From Rhodothermales bacterium (lineage in GTDB: Bacteria; Bacteroidota; Rhodothermia; Rhodothermales; Bin80): 64,000 bases of DNA. Location: the NCBI GenBank assembly GCA_965116685.1, contig OZ220707.1, forward strand, positions 851,655 to 915,654, written 5' to 3'. The translations under genes were made by a program, and so were the position numbers. Each line of letters opens with the position of its first letter. Positions within the stretch are counted from its first letter, which is position 1. Under the pieces are notes generated by a model. The model was given only the letters and a program-made list of their open reading frames with translations, did no database searches and had not been told where the DNA came from. Below are positions 1-9,990 of the stretch, in pieces.

Positions 1-683
1 TGGAGCGTGATATTCTTGATAAATATGGCTACCCCCAACCGGAAGCGCTCTTGGAGAGTGCTCTGCGACATGTTGAAATTTGCGCACGACATGGGTTTGA
101 GGACATCGTAATTTCGGTGAAACACTCCGATGTTTTCTTTATGATCCAAGCCTACCGCCTTCTTGCAGAACGAACGGACTTTCCCCTCCACCTGGGAGTC
201 ACGGAGTCTGGCTCGTTCAAGGTGGGTACCATCAAAAGCTCTATTGGGATTGGTGCATTATTGGCAGACGGTATCGGGGATACGATCCGTGTTTCACTGG
301 CTACGGATTCCGTTAAGGAAGTCGAAACTGCACATACGATCCTTAAGTCTCTCCGGATCGGACGCCCTGGAGTAAATATTATCGCCTGCCCCACCTGCGG
401 TCGACTGAATGGAGATCTGTTTTCCATTGTGGAGGAAGTTGAAACTGCTGTAAATGCCCGCAAATTCGAAAAGGATGTGACAGTAGCATTGATGGGATGT
501 GCTGTGAATGGCCCTGGAGAAGCACAGGGAGCGGACCTTGGTATTTCGCTGGGACGTGGACGGGCACACCTATTTAAGCAGGGCAAGGTCATCGGTACGA
601 TACCAGAATCCAAAATCGTAGACACGGTTCTGGAAGCGATTGAAGCATGGGAGCCCGAAGAGGACGCCCAACCTGCGGCGTAG
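1..683 (+). CDS. ispG: 4-hydroxy-3-methylbut-2-enyl diphosphate synthase IspG/GcpE, C-terminal part (gene starts upstream of the window)
   Basis: The reading frame stays open to the window edge. C-terminal Fe-S motifs ACPTCGR and GCAVNGPGE are typical of GcpE/IspG. Confidence 0.9.
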   Translation, partial: ERDILDKYGYPQPEALLESALRHVEICARHGFEDIVISVKHSDVFFMIQAYRLLAERTDFPLHLGVTESGSFKVGTIKSSIGIGALLADGIGDTIRVSLATDSVKEVETAHTILKSLRIGRPGVNIIACPTCGRLNGDLFSIVEEVETAVNARKFEKDVTVALMGCAVNGPGEAQGADLGISLGRGRAHLFKQGKVIGTIPESKIVDTVLEAIEAWEPEEDAQPAA

Positions 684-747
684 AGTCTACCTCGTTTCGT
701 GATCTATCTTAACATCACGCACTTGTGGTGCAAGCTCTCACGCTTTA

Positions 748-1389
748 TCAGTAGTAATCGTCTGACTTTCCCTTCCCGAAAGGGAGTCCGCCATGCCAAT
801 AGGTGATCAATAAGAACCCAGCGGCCATCCCGGCCAAGTGGGCTGCATTTGCTACTCCTGGCTGCAAGCCGGAGGTTGCAAAAAAGAGTTCCAGGAGGCC
901 ATATCCAATCACGAAGAATTTGGCTTTCATGGGAATTGGTGGAAAAATCAACATGATGCGCTGCTCTGGGAACATCAACCCGAATGCCAGAAGGATTCCG
1001 AATACTCCGCCGGATGCGCCAATGGTAGGATAGTTCCCCCCCGTGACAGCAGTGACTGCAAGCTGTGCAAGAGCAGCTCCAATTACACAAACTCCGTAAT
1101 AAATCGAAAAACGCCGGGAACCCCATGTATTCTCAATTTGTGCGCCGAACATCCAGAGCGCAAACATATTGAAGAAGATGTGTCCTATTCCACCATGCAG
1201 GAAACTGTAGCTCACCAGTTGGTGGACCTGAAATCCAGAAGCTAATGGCCATAATCCAAACCATAGAATCAATTGCCCATAAGCAAGCTGCTGACCGAGA
1301 AACACGAGCACATTAATGATGAGAAGGTTCTTTATTATGGGAGGAAACGCCCCAAATCCTCCGAAACCACCATATGAGTAATAAGACAT
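748..1389 (-). CDS. Rhomboid family intramembrane serine protease
   Basis: Multi-TM protein with the rhomboid catalytic Ser motif GASGGVFG and the His motif HLAGMAAG. Confidence 0.85.
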   Translation of the reverse strand: MSYYSYGGFGGFGAFPPIIKNLLIINVLVFLGQQLAYGQLILWFGLWPLASGFQVHQLVSYSFLHGGIGHIFFNMFALWMFGAQIENTWGSRRFSIYYGVCVIGAALAQLAVTAVTGGNYPTIGASGGVFGILLAFGLMFPEQRIMLIFPPIPMKAKFFVIGYGLLELFFATSGLQPGVANAAHLAGMAAGFLLITYWHGGLPFGKGKSDDYY

Positions 1390-1669
1390 TGGAAAAAGCT
1401 TATCAATACCGGGTTATAGCACACAGAACGCATTTTAGTTGCGCAAACTTCATTTTTCCCGCGAAAATGCCCCACGCCTAGCTGCTTGCATCATCCTTGC
1501 CACTACACCATAAAATACCGAGTACGAAATATCTTGGAACATCGTTAGTAGAATAACCAATCAACCCTGTAGGCTGGTCGAGGCTATGAAAAGCCACACA
1601 AATGATCCTGCTGATGGAGATTGGTATCAAAACCTGTATGCTTCGTTCTGGATGCGTTAATCCTTCTCA

Positions 1670-3982
1670 ATGCCAAAAGAAAATCAAAAACGGCTCTCAC
1701 TGATTGCGAGATACAAGAACTTGCTACTTCGCATTTTCCGCAAACAAGATGCCGCGCGTGCTGCATTTATCCTGAGTATTCCGACCCTAGCAGTGGTTCT
1801 CTGCACACTCTTTTTATTGGCATATATGTGGATCCTGTCATGGAATACACCCTCTCTGCGGGAAATTGAGAACCCTGAATTATCCTATGCCAGCGTAGCC
1901 TATACGGCAGATGGTATTGAATTGGCCCGGTTTGGGCGCCAAAACCGGACCTGGGTTCCGTTTGACTCCATTTCTGTTTTCGCACGTCAAGCATTGATTG
2001 CAACGGAAGATCATCGGTTCTATCACCATTGGGGGGTCAATCTATTTCGTACGGCTTCTGCCGCTACCCAATCCTTGCTTGGTAAACTTGGACTCCCTTT
2101 TGAGCGCCAGGGTGGCTCCACAATCACACAACAACTCGCACGCAACATCTACAATGAGCAGATTGGATTTGAAGTCAGTGTGACGCGAAAATTAAAAGAG
2201 ATGGTAACCGCAGTACGTCTAGAGCAACTCTATGCAAAAGATGAGATCGCTGAGATGTATTTGAATACTGTCCCATTTCTCTACAATGCCTACGGGATTG
2301 AAGCTGCCGCACGGACCTATTTTAATAAAGCTGCATCTGACCTGGATCTACTTGAAAGTGCAACACTGATTGGACTTCTTAAGGGGACCTATCGCTATGA
2401 CCCCCAGCGAAATCCCGAGCGATCCAGAATCCGCCGCAATACCGTTTTGCAACGGATGATAACACAGGGATGGCTGGATAAGGACTCCTATGAGATGCTG
2501 AAAGATTCCTTGACCACGACCCGCCTCCGAACCGCGGATGTGACGCAAAGCATTGCACCTTATTTCGCTGAGCAAGTTCGTCAGCGGGTCTCAGAATGGG
2601 GACGTGAAGAAGGCATTGACATCTATAGTAGCAGACTGAGAATTGAGACCACACTCGATTCCAGGTTACAATCAATCGCCCGCTCCGCCGTTACGGGCAC
2701 ACTGGATGGTTTGCAAGCAGTAGTAAACTGTGAGTGGAGTGCTGTATCCAGCCCGCGAATGCGGTATGGAGGTGATATCTCTCAATACCTAACGGACCCT
2801 TGCCACACGGATCCTGATAACCACTGGGCGTGGTTTTGGCAACGTAATTCATCACTTTTGAATACCTATATCCGGGAATCTGTGAGGTATCAAAGCCTTC
2901 TAAGGGAAGGCAAAAACGGATCGGAAGCATTACAGGAACTCAAAGATGATCCCGTATTCATTGACTCGCTCAAAGCAACAAAAAATCGGCTGGAAAACGG
3001 CTTCATTGCAATGGATCCGACAAACGGATATATCAAAGCATGGGTCGGCGGACGGGATCTTTCGACAGATTGGTACGACCATGTAAGCGTTGCAAAGAGA
3101 CAGCCTGGCTCGGTATTCAAACCCTTTACTTATGCATTCGCAATTGATGCCAACTACTCGCCGGAAAAGCTGTATCTTGATTCTGTTTTTCAATATCCAG
3201 ATGAAGTTACAGGGGAGGTTTGGAGCCCACAGAATTTTGGAGATGAAACCAGCGGAGAATGGATGACAATGCGAGAGGGACTGGCCCGCTCTATGAACAC
3301 CGTTACTGCACAGGTAATCCACGATGTCAACCCGCTGAATGTGGCGAACCTCGCAAGAAATATGGGAATCCAGAGTGAGCTGGACGCAGTCCCATCTCTG
3401 GCTTTGGGAACAAGCGAGGTGACACTTCTCGAATCCGTTACTGCCTACAGCACCTTCGCCAATCGGGGAATCCAAACGGATCCTGTAATGATTACCAGAA
3501 TTGTAAACGAAGAGACTGGCAGGGTTATCTATGACTACCAACAGGACTCCTTACGCACGCATCCGCGCGAGGTCCTTTCAGAAGAAAAGACCGCCGTCGT
3601 GATCGACATGCTGCGGGATGTGATCAATAAACCCTATGGTACCGGAATTCGTATTCGAAGTAGTTATGACCTATATGGATATGACTTTGCGGGAAAAACT
3701 GGAACCACACAGGAAGGGGCTGACGGCTGGTTTATTATCATGCACCCAGAGCTGGTTACTGGCGCATGGGTTGGCTTCAATGATCAGCGCATACGTTTTC
3801 GCTCCTCATATTGGGGACAGGGAGCACACAATGCCCTATTTGTAGTGGGCGAATTCCTGCAGAGCGTGTCCGAGGATGAAGAACTCAGGCTCAGCATCAA
3901 TAATACCTTCCCCTCCCCGTTACTGAACAAGCAAATCTCCCCCGGCGATCGTCAAGATCCAAGGACCCGCGTGACCTGGTAA
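1670..3982 (+). CDS. mrcA: Bifunctional penicillin-binding protein 1A (glycosyltransferase GT51 plus transpeptidase)
   Basis: N-terminal TM anchor. GT51 motifs EDHRFYHHWG and GGSTITQQL. Transpeptidase motifs SVFKP (SxxK) and KTGT. Confidence 0.9.
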   Translation: MPKENQKRLSLIARYKNLLLRIFRKQDAARAAFILSIPTLAVVLCTLFLLAYMWILSWNTPSLREIENPELSYASVAYTADGIELARFGRQNRTWVPFDSISVFARQALIATEDHRFYHHWGVNLFRTASAATQSLLGKLGLPFERQGGSTITQQLARNIYNEQIGFEVSVTRKLKEMVTAVRLEQLYAKDEIAEMYLNTVPFLYNAYGIEAAARTYFNKAASDLDLLESATLIGLLKGTYRYDPQRNPERSRIRRNTVLQRMITQGWLDKDSYEMLKDSLTTTRLRTADVTQSIAPYFAEQVRQRVSEWGREEGIDIYSSRLRIETTLDSRLQSIARSAVTGTLDGLQAVVNCEWSAVSSPRMRYGGDISQYLTDPCHTDPDNHWAWFWQRNSSLLNTYIRESVRYQSLLREGKNGSEALQELKDDPVFIDSLKATKNRLENGFIAMDPTNGYIKAWVGGRDLSTDWYDHVSVAKRQPGSVFKPFTYAFAIDANYSPEKLYLDSVFQYPDEVTGEVWSPQNFGDETSGEWMTMREGLARSMNTVTAQVIHDVNPLNVANLARNMGIQSELDAVPSLALGTSEVTLLESVTAYSTFANRGIQTDPVMITRIVNEETGRVIYDYQQDSLRTHPREVLSEEKTAVVIDMLRDVINKPYGTGIRIRSSYDLYGYDFAGKTGTTQEGADGWFIIMHPELVTGAWVGFNDQRIRFRSSYWGQGAHNALFVVGEFLQSVSEDEELRLSINNTFPSPLLNKQISPGDRQDPRTRVTW

Positions 3983-4146
3983 CCCAATGCCTTCTCCCTT
4001 ACTCCTGTAAATAACCTGTCATGGGCCGGGATCAAACAGGAACCAATCCGTGGTGCTCGCATCATATGGCAGTTGATCACTTTGAAGCTTGATCGGTAGC
4101 GAAAAAACTGTATCTTCTGGAGATCGCCTGAGTAGTTTCCAGCACC

Positions 4147-5892
4147 CTATAAGTCTACGATACGTTCCAGTTGCAAAAGCCGAACATCAGCGACCGCCTT
4201 CCCCGGGATGCTGATTGCCCGCAAAACAAGCGGCTCTTGTCCGGCTTCCAGAGAGATGGATCCAAGTACAAGCGAGTGAAAATCCTTGACGTATGACTCA
4301 ATCCTCTGCACACGATCTTCCTTCATTCCGTATTCAGTTGGATCATGTGCATCCACAATCGTAGCTCGCAGCGAAGCATCACCAAAGCTCAGATGAATTT
4401 GAGCGCCTTCATCCCCGACTGCTGCCGTATAATACAATGTCGCTTTGTACTGTCCGGTAGTCAGAACCTCTGCCTCCCATAGAATGGAGTCCTGTGTACT
4501 CGTCCAGTTGGTCAGAAAGCTGTCATTGGGATACCGGTTGGAGCGTTGGATCCCTTCCGATGCTGTCGCATCCCGGGCAGGGAGCCAGGTAATTCTCTCA
4601 TCTTCAAAGCCAATGGTAAAGGGGCGTTTCGGGTAGGATTCGGGGACTACCTCTCGAATCCAGCGTGCTTTTGCTTCTTCCAGAGAGTCCACTAATCCAG
4701 GGTGCTCAGAAGCTAAATCCACGCGCTGCTCTCGGTCATTCACGATATTGAAGAGCCCTCCCGAATGCCCTAAACGATACGTCTGGGTCCTTACACTCGT
4801 GCGTCCTCTCCAATGAGAAAAAATGACCCGCTCTGGCATTGATTTTATCTCCCCTTGAAGTAAAGGCGCAAAGCTAACTCCATCCAATGGATACCTGGTA
4901 TTAAGGTCAATGTTGCTGAACTCGGCCAGGGTTGGCATCAGATCAATCGCAGCAGCGATGTCAGTGATCACAGCCCCCTCAGCAATCACACCGGGCCATT
5001 GCATCAGAAGTGGTGAGCGAACACCTCCTTCATCCGTAGATCCTTTCCTGCCTTTCATGCCGGCATTCCATCGCGGACCATTCGGGCCATTGTCCGAAAA
5101 ATAGAGCACAATGGTCTCTTCCGTGAGAGATAAATCGTCCAGAAGCGTTAAGATCCTACCAACATTCCAGTCAATATTGAGCGTCATGGCGAGGGCTGCC
5201 CGTGTATGGAGGGTATCCTCCTGTTCCGGGGATCGGGGATGTTGCCGGAGCTCCGGTACCTGATCCCACCATTCATCGGGCACCTGCATGGGGGAATGCG
5301 GCGTGTTATAGGGCAAAAAAACAAGAAACGGGGACTCCGCATGCATACGCATAAACTCCATTGCAGACTCTGTCAAGTCATCTGGCAGGTACCCACTCCC
5401 TTGAACGAGTTCACCATTTCTCTCCAGAGGTGGAGAAAAATAATGTCCCCAATGGCCAGAGGGAAACCCATAAAAGTGATCGAATCCGCGGCTGTTTGGG
5501 TGGTATGGGGCCTGCTGTCCGTTGTGCCATTTCCCAAAGACCCCCGTAGCGTAGCCCGCGTCCTGGAAAACCTCAGAGAGTAAAGTCTCATCTGGATCCA
5601 GGCGTTCCGAACCCGCACTGGTTCCATACACACCCGACCGGGGATGGTATCGCCCTGTTAAAAGCTCTGCACGGGTTGGAGAACAGACCGGGCTTACATA
5701 AAAGCTCTCGAATCTGGCACCCGAATGGGCAATCCGATCAATATTCGATGTATTGATACTGGTATTGCCATTGATGGATAAATCGCCCCACCCCTGATCG
5801 TCTGTCAGGATAATGACCACGTTCGGGGGGCGTTCAGCGCTGCAGGATGCGAACAGCATTGCAGCAAATAGTAGATAAATCAATCGGAACAT
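4147..5892 (-). CDS. Secreted or lipoprotein sulfatase (arylsulfatase A family)
   Basis: Signal or lipobox-like N-terminus (LFASCSA), metal site DDQGWGD, and formylglycine motif CSPTRAELLTGR. Confidence 0.85.
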   Translation of the reverse strand: MFRLIYLLFAAMLFASCSAERPPNVVIILTDDQGWGDLSINGNTSINTSNIDRIAHSGARFESFYVSPVCSPTRAELLTGRYHPRSGVYGTSAGSERLDPDETLLSEVFQDAGYATGVFGKWHNGQQAPYHPNSRGFDHFYGFPSGHWGHYFSPPLERNGELVQGSGYLPDDLTESAMEFMRMHAESPFLVFLPYNTPHSPMQVPDEWWDQVPELRQHPRSPEQEDTLHTRAALAMTLNIDWNVGRILTLLDDLSLTEETIVLYFSDNGPNGPRWNAGMKGRKGSTDEGGVRSPLLMQWPGVIAEGAVITDIAAAIDLMPTLAEFSNIDLNTRYPLDGVSFAPLLQGEIKSMPERVIFSHWRGRTSVRTQTYRLGHSGGLFNIVNDREQRVDLASEHPGLVDSLEEAKARWIREVVPESYPKRPFTIGFEDERITWLPARDATASEGIQRSNRYPNDSFLTNWTSTQDSILWEAEVLTTGQYKATLYYTAAVGDEGAQIHLSFGDASLRATIVDAHDPTEYGMKEDRVQRIESYVKDFHSLVLGSISLEAGQEPLVLRAISIPGKAVADVRLLQLERIVDL

Positions 5893-5913
5893 CAGAAAAG
5901 TTGAAGTTATTTT

Positions 5914-6753
5914 TTAAGTATCGACCGCGACCTGGTGCCATGCGGCATATCCCTTCGCTGCAGCTTCTTCAGTCGCCTCCTTCGCACCTTCCTCGCTCTC
6001 AAAGATACCATACACACCCGCACCTGACCCGGTAAGAGATGCAAACCCTGCCCCATTGCGCAGCAGCGAAGACTTGACTTCCTGAATTGCCGGCCATTGT
6101 GAAAACACTGGCTTCTCAAAATCATTGACCAATTCAGACCTCCAACGATCCAGGTCATTGGATCGGACCACCTCAATCATGTTTATGCAATCTGTTCCAG
6201 ATACATGTACCTGCTGAAATGCCCATGCCGTAGAAATATGAATGGGAGGGACGATGACGGCGAGACTGAATGGAAAAACATAATCGGTCATGGGAGTCAG
6301 TCGTTCTCCCCGCCCCTCTGCATACGCGGTCTGTCCATGCAAAAAAAACGGCACATCTGAACCAAGCCTCAGTGCGAGTGACTCCAGTGCAAGGGTTGCA
6401 CCGTCTAATTTCCAAAGACTACATAACATGCGAAGCACGGTAGCGGCATCACTTGATCCGCCCCCAAGTCCCGCACCGTGTGGAAGTATTTTTTCCAGAT
6501 GGAAAGAAGCTCCCTCATCCATACTTGCAACTTCCCGCAAAAGCCTGGCCGCACGGATCACCAGGTTGTCCTCTCCACTGGAAAGCGTAGCATCTGTGCA
6601 GGTCATGCTAACTTTCTCTGCAAGACTGACCGTAATCCTGTCGGCCCATCCAATTGGATGAAACACTGTTGCCAGATCATGGTATCCGTCCGCCCGTCTA
6701 CGTACTATGTGGAGGCCAAGGTTGATTTTGGCCGGAGCACTTTCAAATAACAC
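5914..6753 (-). CDS. ispE: 4-diphosphocytidyl-2-C-methyl-D-erythritol kinase
   Basis: GHMP-kinase motifs PAKINLGLHI and PHGAGLGGGSSDAA. The length of 279 aa fits IspE. Confidence 0.9.
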   Translation of the reverse strand: MLFESAPAKINLGLHIVRRRADGYHDLATVFHPIGWADRITVSLAEKVSMTCTDATLSSGEDNLVIRAARLLREVASMDEGASFHLEKILPHGAGLGGGSSDAATVLRMLCSLWKLDGATLALESLALRLGSDVPFFLHGQTAYAEGRGERLTPMTDYVFPFSLAVIVPPIHISTAWAFQQVHVSGTDCINMIEVVRSNDLDRWRSELVNDFEKPVFSQWPAIQEVKSSLLRNGAGFASLTGSGAGVYGIFESEEGAKEATEEAAAKGYAAWHQVAVDT

Positions 6754-7083
6754 TTTCTCTAACGCTAATTCGTGATTTATACCCCAATCCCGGGAGCATA
6801 TGAAATTCTATGACAAGTTTATGGACTCGGTGTCTTTTGCAGATCCAGCTTAGGGAAAAGCTAAAACTACCTCCTCATATTCTTTAAGATATCAACTCAT
6901 TGAATGCTCACAATAAGATCTAAGATTATCAATCAGAGGCATACAACAGGGGGGATCAGAAATTTGTTTGGAACCATGGCTTGCAGTGCACCGTTGGACC
7001 TTGCCACTTCTGTCAAGATCCCCTCGTATATATCGCTACATCGGCTACTCTGTGTCCATTTTCTGTGTAACTTTTTTTCGCCG

Positions 7084-8796
7084 ATGTTTAGGTTAGTTGC
7101 TTTTTTAGCTACTGCTTTATTGCTTCTTTCGTTTGTCCCTCCTACCAGCGCTCAGTTCCCCAATACCCAGACTCTCCCAATCCCGGATGACCCTCAGGCA
7201 GAATTGCGCAATGCGATGATGGCACGGATTGCGCAATCCGGTCTTCTTGCACTGGAGGGGTCCATTGATCCAAACGAATATATCGTCGGGCCGGGCGACG
7301 TCTTCAATGTAATGATCGGAACCGTAATCCCGACTGAACTCCCTGTAACCGTCTCCGTCTCCGGTATACTTCTATTACCTGAGGTTGGATCGGTGCAAGC
7401 TGGTGGGAAGTCTCTCGCAGAAGTAGAACAGGAAGCAATTAAACTGCTTGAATCCCGCTACGTCAATGCTCCTGTGAGTATTGCATTAGCCCAGGCTCGA
7501 AGCTTTTACGTCCATGTAACCGGCACCGTTCTCCAAACCGGACGCTATCTCATGCTTCCCCGTTCGCGCGTCAGTGATGTCGTTCAACAGGCGCTCACAT
7601 CCGGCGTACTGACTACAAAGTACACGGTAGAGGATGTTCTAGTTGACCATGCGGTACCCGAGTATGATTTTCTACCGGAGATCAATGATGTATACAAACC
7701 CGCACTTCGAAATATTCGCATACAGCACATTGACGGAACGGAAGATCTGGTGGATCTTACCCGTTATCAGACAACCGGGAATACAGATCATAACCCAGTC
7801 TTGCAAGATGGGGATCGCATCAACGTCCCTGCTTATCACACCGTCCGTGAAGGAGTCCGTGTATCCGGAGACGTAGCCTGGCCTGGATTGTATGATTGGC
7901 GGCCGGATGATACGGTATTGAGTGTCCTTGATCTTGCGACGGGAGGGCGTCCTCCTGATGAAACCGTCCAGTTTCGCGTGATGCGCTGGAGTGATGAACA
8001 GTATCGTACCGTACTTGATCATAACCTCAATAGGTTACGGGAGGATTCAATCGCGACACAGCAGTTGATGCCTGGTGATCACATCACCGTTTATGAACGG
8101 GAAACTGCCACAGCCAGTATCGAAGGATGGGTTATATACCCGGGGGAATATCGCATAGAAGGCGGGGTGACCACCTTAAATCAATTGGTCGAACTAGCGG
8201 GCGGCCTCAAGGAAGGCGCCAACCCGAATGCGGCTGTCCTAGAGCGCACGAGTATTGACAAATTAGTCCAAGCCTCCGAAGCACCTCTTGCAACCCCGCA
8301 GAGCCAACCCCTGAGCGGTAATCGGGCAGTTCAATCATTTACTGAGGGATTCCAGAGGTCATTTTCTGGAGAGATCGGCAGTCAGGTGGCAGTTGATATT
8401 GCCGGGGCATTGCTTGGCAGCAGCGACGATATTGTGCTTTATGATGGCGATCGCCTCATCTTCCCACGCGATGAAGGAACAATCTATGTGACCGGCCATG
8501 TTCCCCAACCTGGATATGTCACCTTTGTCCCTGGGATGACCGCCCGGCACTATGTGGAGCGTGCGGGGGGACTGGGCCCTGGAGCTGAAGACGTCTACAT
8601 TTATGACGGGAGCAGTGGAGCCGTACGCAGAGGTCTGGATGAACCTATTCGCTCCGGTGACACGATCTTCGTTGACTGGCTGGAGCAATTGACTCTGAGT
8701 ACACGTCAAATACAATATCAACGAATCCAGGTTATCGTTACAAGCTTATCTGCAGCAACCGGCGTGGCTGCGACAATTATTGCCCTGCTACGATGA
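7084..8796 (+). CDS. Polysaccharide export protein (Wza-like, Poly_export plus SLBB repeats)
   Basis: The Met at 7084 starts a clear signal peptide (MFRLVAFLATALLLLSFVPPTSAQ). The motif IVGPGDVFNVMI and repeated SLBB-like segments follow. The track ORF start at 6904 adds 60 implausible residues. Confidence 0.8.
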   Translation: MFRLVAFLATALLLLSFVPPTSAQFPNTQTLPIPDDPQAELRNAMMARIAQSGLLALEGSIDPNEYIVGPGDVFNVMIGTVIPTELPVTVSVSGILLLPEVGSVQAGGKSLAEVEQEAIKLLESRYVNAPVSIALAQARSFYVHVTGTVLQTGRYLMLPRSRVSDVVQQALTSGVLTTKYTVEDVLVDHAVPEYDFLPEINDVYKPALRNIRIQHIDGTEDLVDLTRYQTTGNTDHNPVLQDGDRINVPAYHTVREGVRVSGDVAWPGLYDWRPDDTVLSVLDLATGGRPPDETVQFRVMRWSDEQYRTVLDHNLNRLREDSIATQQLMPGDHITVYERETATASIEGWVIYPGEYRIEGGVTTLNQLVELAGGLKEGANPNAAVLERTSIDKLVQASEAPLATPQSQPLSGNRAVQSFTEGFQRSFSGEIGSQVAVDIAGALLGSSDDIVLYDGDRLIFPRDEGTIYVTGHVPQPGYVTFVPGMTARHYVERAGGLGPGAEDVYIYDGSSGAVRRGLDEPIRSGDTIFVDWLEQLTLSTRQIQYQRIQVIVTSLSAATGVAATIIALLR

Positions 8797-9956
8797 CCAA
8801 TTCCAAAGTATCTGAGATCGTCTGGTCTTCAATCCAGACAATCCTGAATCGGCGATGGTTTGTGATCGGAGTCACAGGATTTACGGGTATTGCAGCCGTG
8901 ATCATCAGCCTTCTCCTTTCAAACTGGTATATGGCAGAAACACGACTGCTGATTCCTGGGCAAACATCTTCTGGCCTGCTTTCGAGCGTGATCAGCGGAC
9001 GTATCGGGAGCAGTGCCTCCTCACTTCTGGGAGGATTGGTCAGTGACTACCAGCAGGAGCTTGCCATTTTGGACAGCCGTACGGTAAAACAAAGTGTTGT
9101 CGAAGAGTTTGATCTCATTGAGGTGTACGAACTTGCCGATAGCGTATCTCCTATTAACTATGCAATTCAGGAATTGGAGGGAAATATTGAATTCGTCGTG
9201 GACAATGAATACAACTACCTTGCGGTCCAGGTTTATGATAAAGATCCTCAACGGGCAGCTAATATGGCGAATTTCTTTGTTTCAAAATTAAACCAGGTCG
9301 GAATAGATCTATCTACAGAAACTGCCAGATCCTACCGTCGCACGGTCGAAATACGTTACCAGGAAATGGAGGACAGCCTCAGTACGGTTCTATCAGCGAT
9401 CCGTACACTTCAGGAGGAGACCGGCGTACTGGATCTACCCGCACAGGGAGCTGCCTTTATGGAGGGACTGACAGAATGGCGATCCCAGATCTTTCTCGCT
9501 GAACTTAACTTCGAGAATCTGCTGTTTTTATATGGTCCCGACCATTCCCAGACGCGCGCAGCGCAACAGTCAGTCGAACAAGCCAGAGAATCCTATGATC
9601 AGGCCTTGGAAGGTCAAGAGCGGCTCATGCCAGTATCCCAGGACAGCCTTCCAGAAGTTGCATTTAAGTTTGCCCAATTGGAGAAAGAGGTTGTTATCCT
9701 GACGACCCTCATAGAGTTTGCTCGCCCGGTGCTGGAAGAAGCTCAGTTGGCTGAGGAGCGTGCAGCAAAGTCAGTACAGGTGCTTGACCCTGCTATACCA
9801 CCCACAGATAAAGCCCGTCCCTCGCGTGCTGCGATTTGTGTCGTCAGTACGCTCTCGGGCTTCCTGCTTTCTGTGCTTTATGTGCTCCTCAGTGCCTGGT
9901 GGAAACGTAACCATGTTCTGATTGCCTCGAAGCTGTCCCCTGGAGGAACAGTGTAA
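8793..9956 (+). CDS. Polysaccharide chain-length determinant (Wzz/GumC-like PCP, no kinase domain)
   Basis: ATGA overlap with the export gene. TM helices at both ends flank a long helical periplasmic region. Sits within an EPS locus. Confidence 0.7.
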   Translation: MTNSKVSEIVWSSIQTILNRRWFVIGVTGFTGIAAVIISLLLSNWYMAETRLLIPGQTSSGLLSSVISGRIGSSASSLLGGLVSDYQQELAILDSRTVKQSVVEEFDLIEVYELADSVSPINYAIQELEGNIEFVVDNEYNYLAVQVYDKDPQRAANMANFFVSKLNQVGIDLSTETARSYRRTVEIRYQEMEDSLSTVLSAIRTLQEETGVLDLPAQGAAFMEGLTEWRSQIFLAELNFENLLFLYGPDHSQTRAAQQSVEQARESYDQALEGQERLMPVSQDSLPEVAFKFAQLEKEVVILTTLIEFARPVLEEAQLAEERAAKSVQVLDPAIPPTDKARPSRAAICVVSTLSGFLLSVLYVLLSAWWKRNHVLIASKLSPGGTV

Positions 9957-9990
9957 GGAGTTCTATCCGAAACTTGAGTAGGAGCACGTC

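Noticed and set aside
152-625. A 157-aa minus-strand ORF (and other short ORFs) overlapping ispG. Similar antisense ORFs lie within the PBP1A, sulfatase, lpdA and aspS genes, among others.
   Set aside because: They sit entirely inside well-supported genes on the opposite strand or in another frame, and have no motifs.
6904-7083. The upstream 60-codon extension of the Wza-like ORF.
   Set aside because: The extension has no signal peptide and an odd composition. The Met at 7084 begins a canonical signal sequence.
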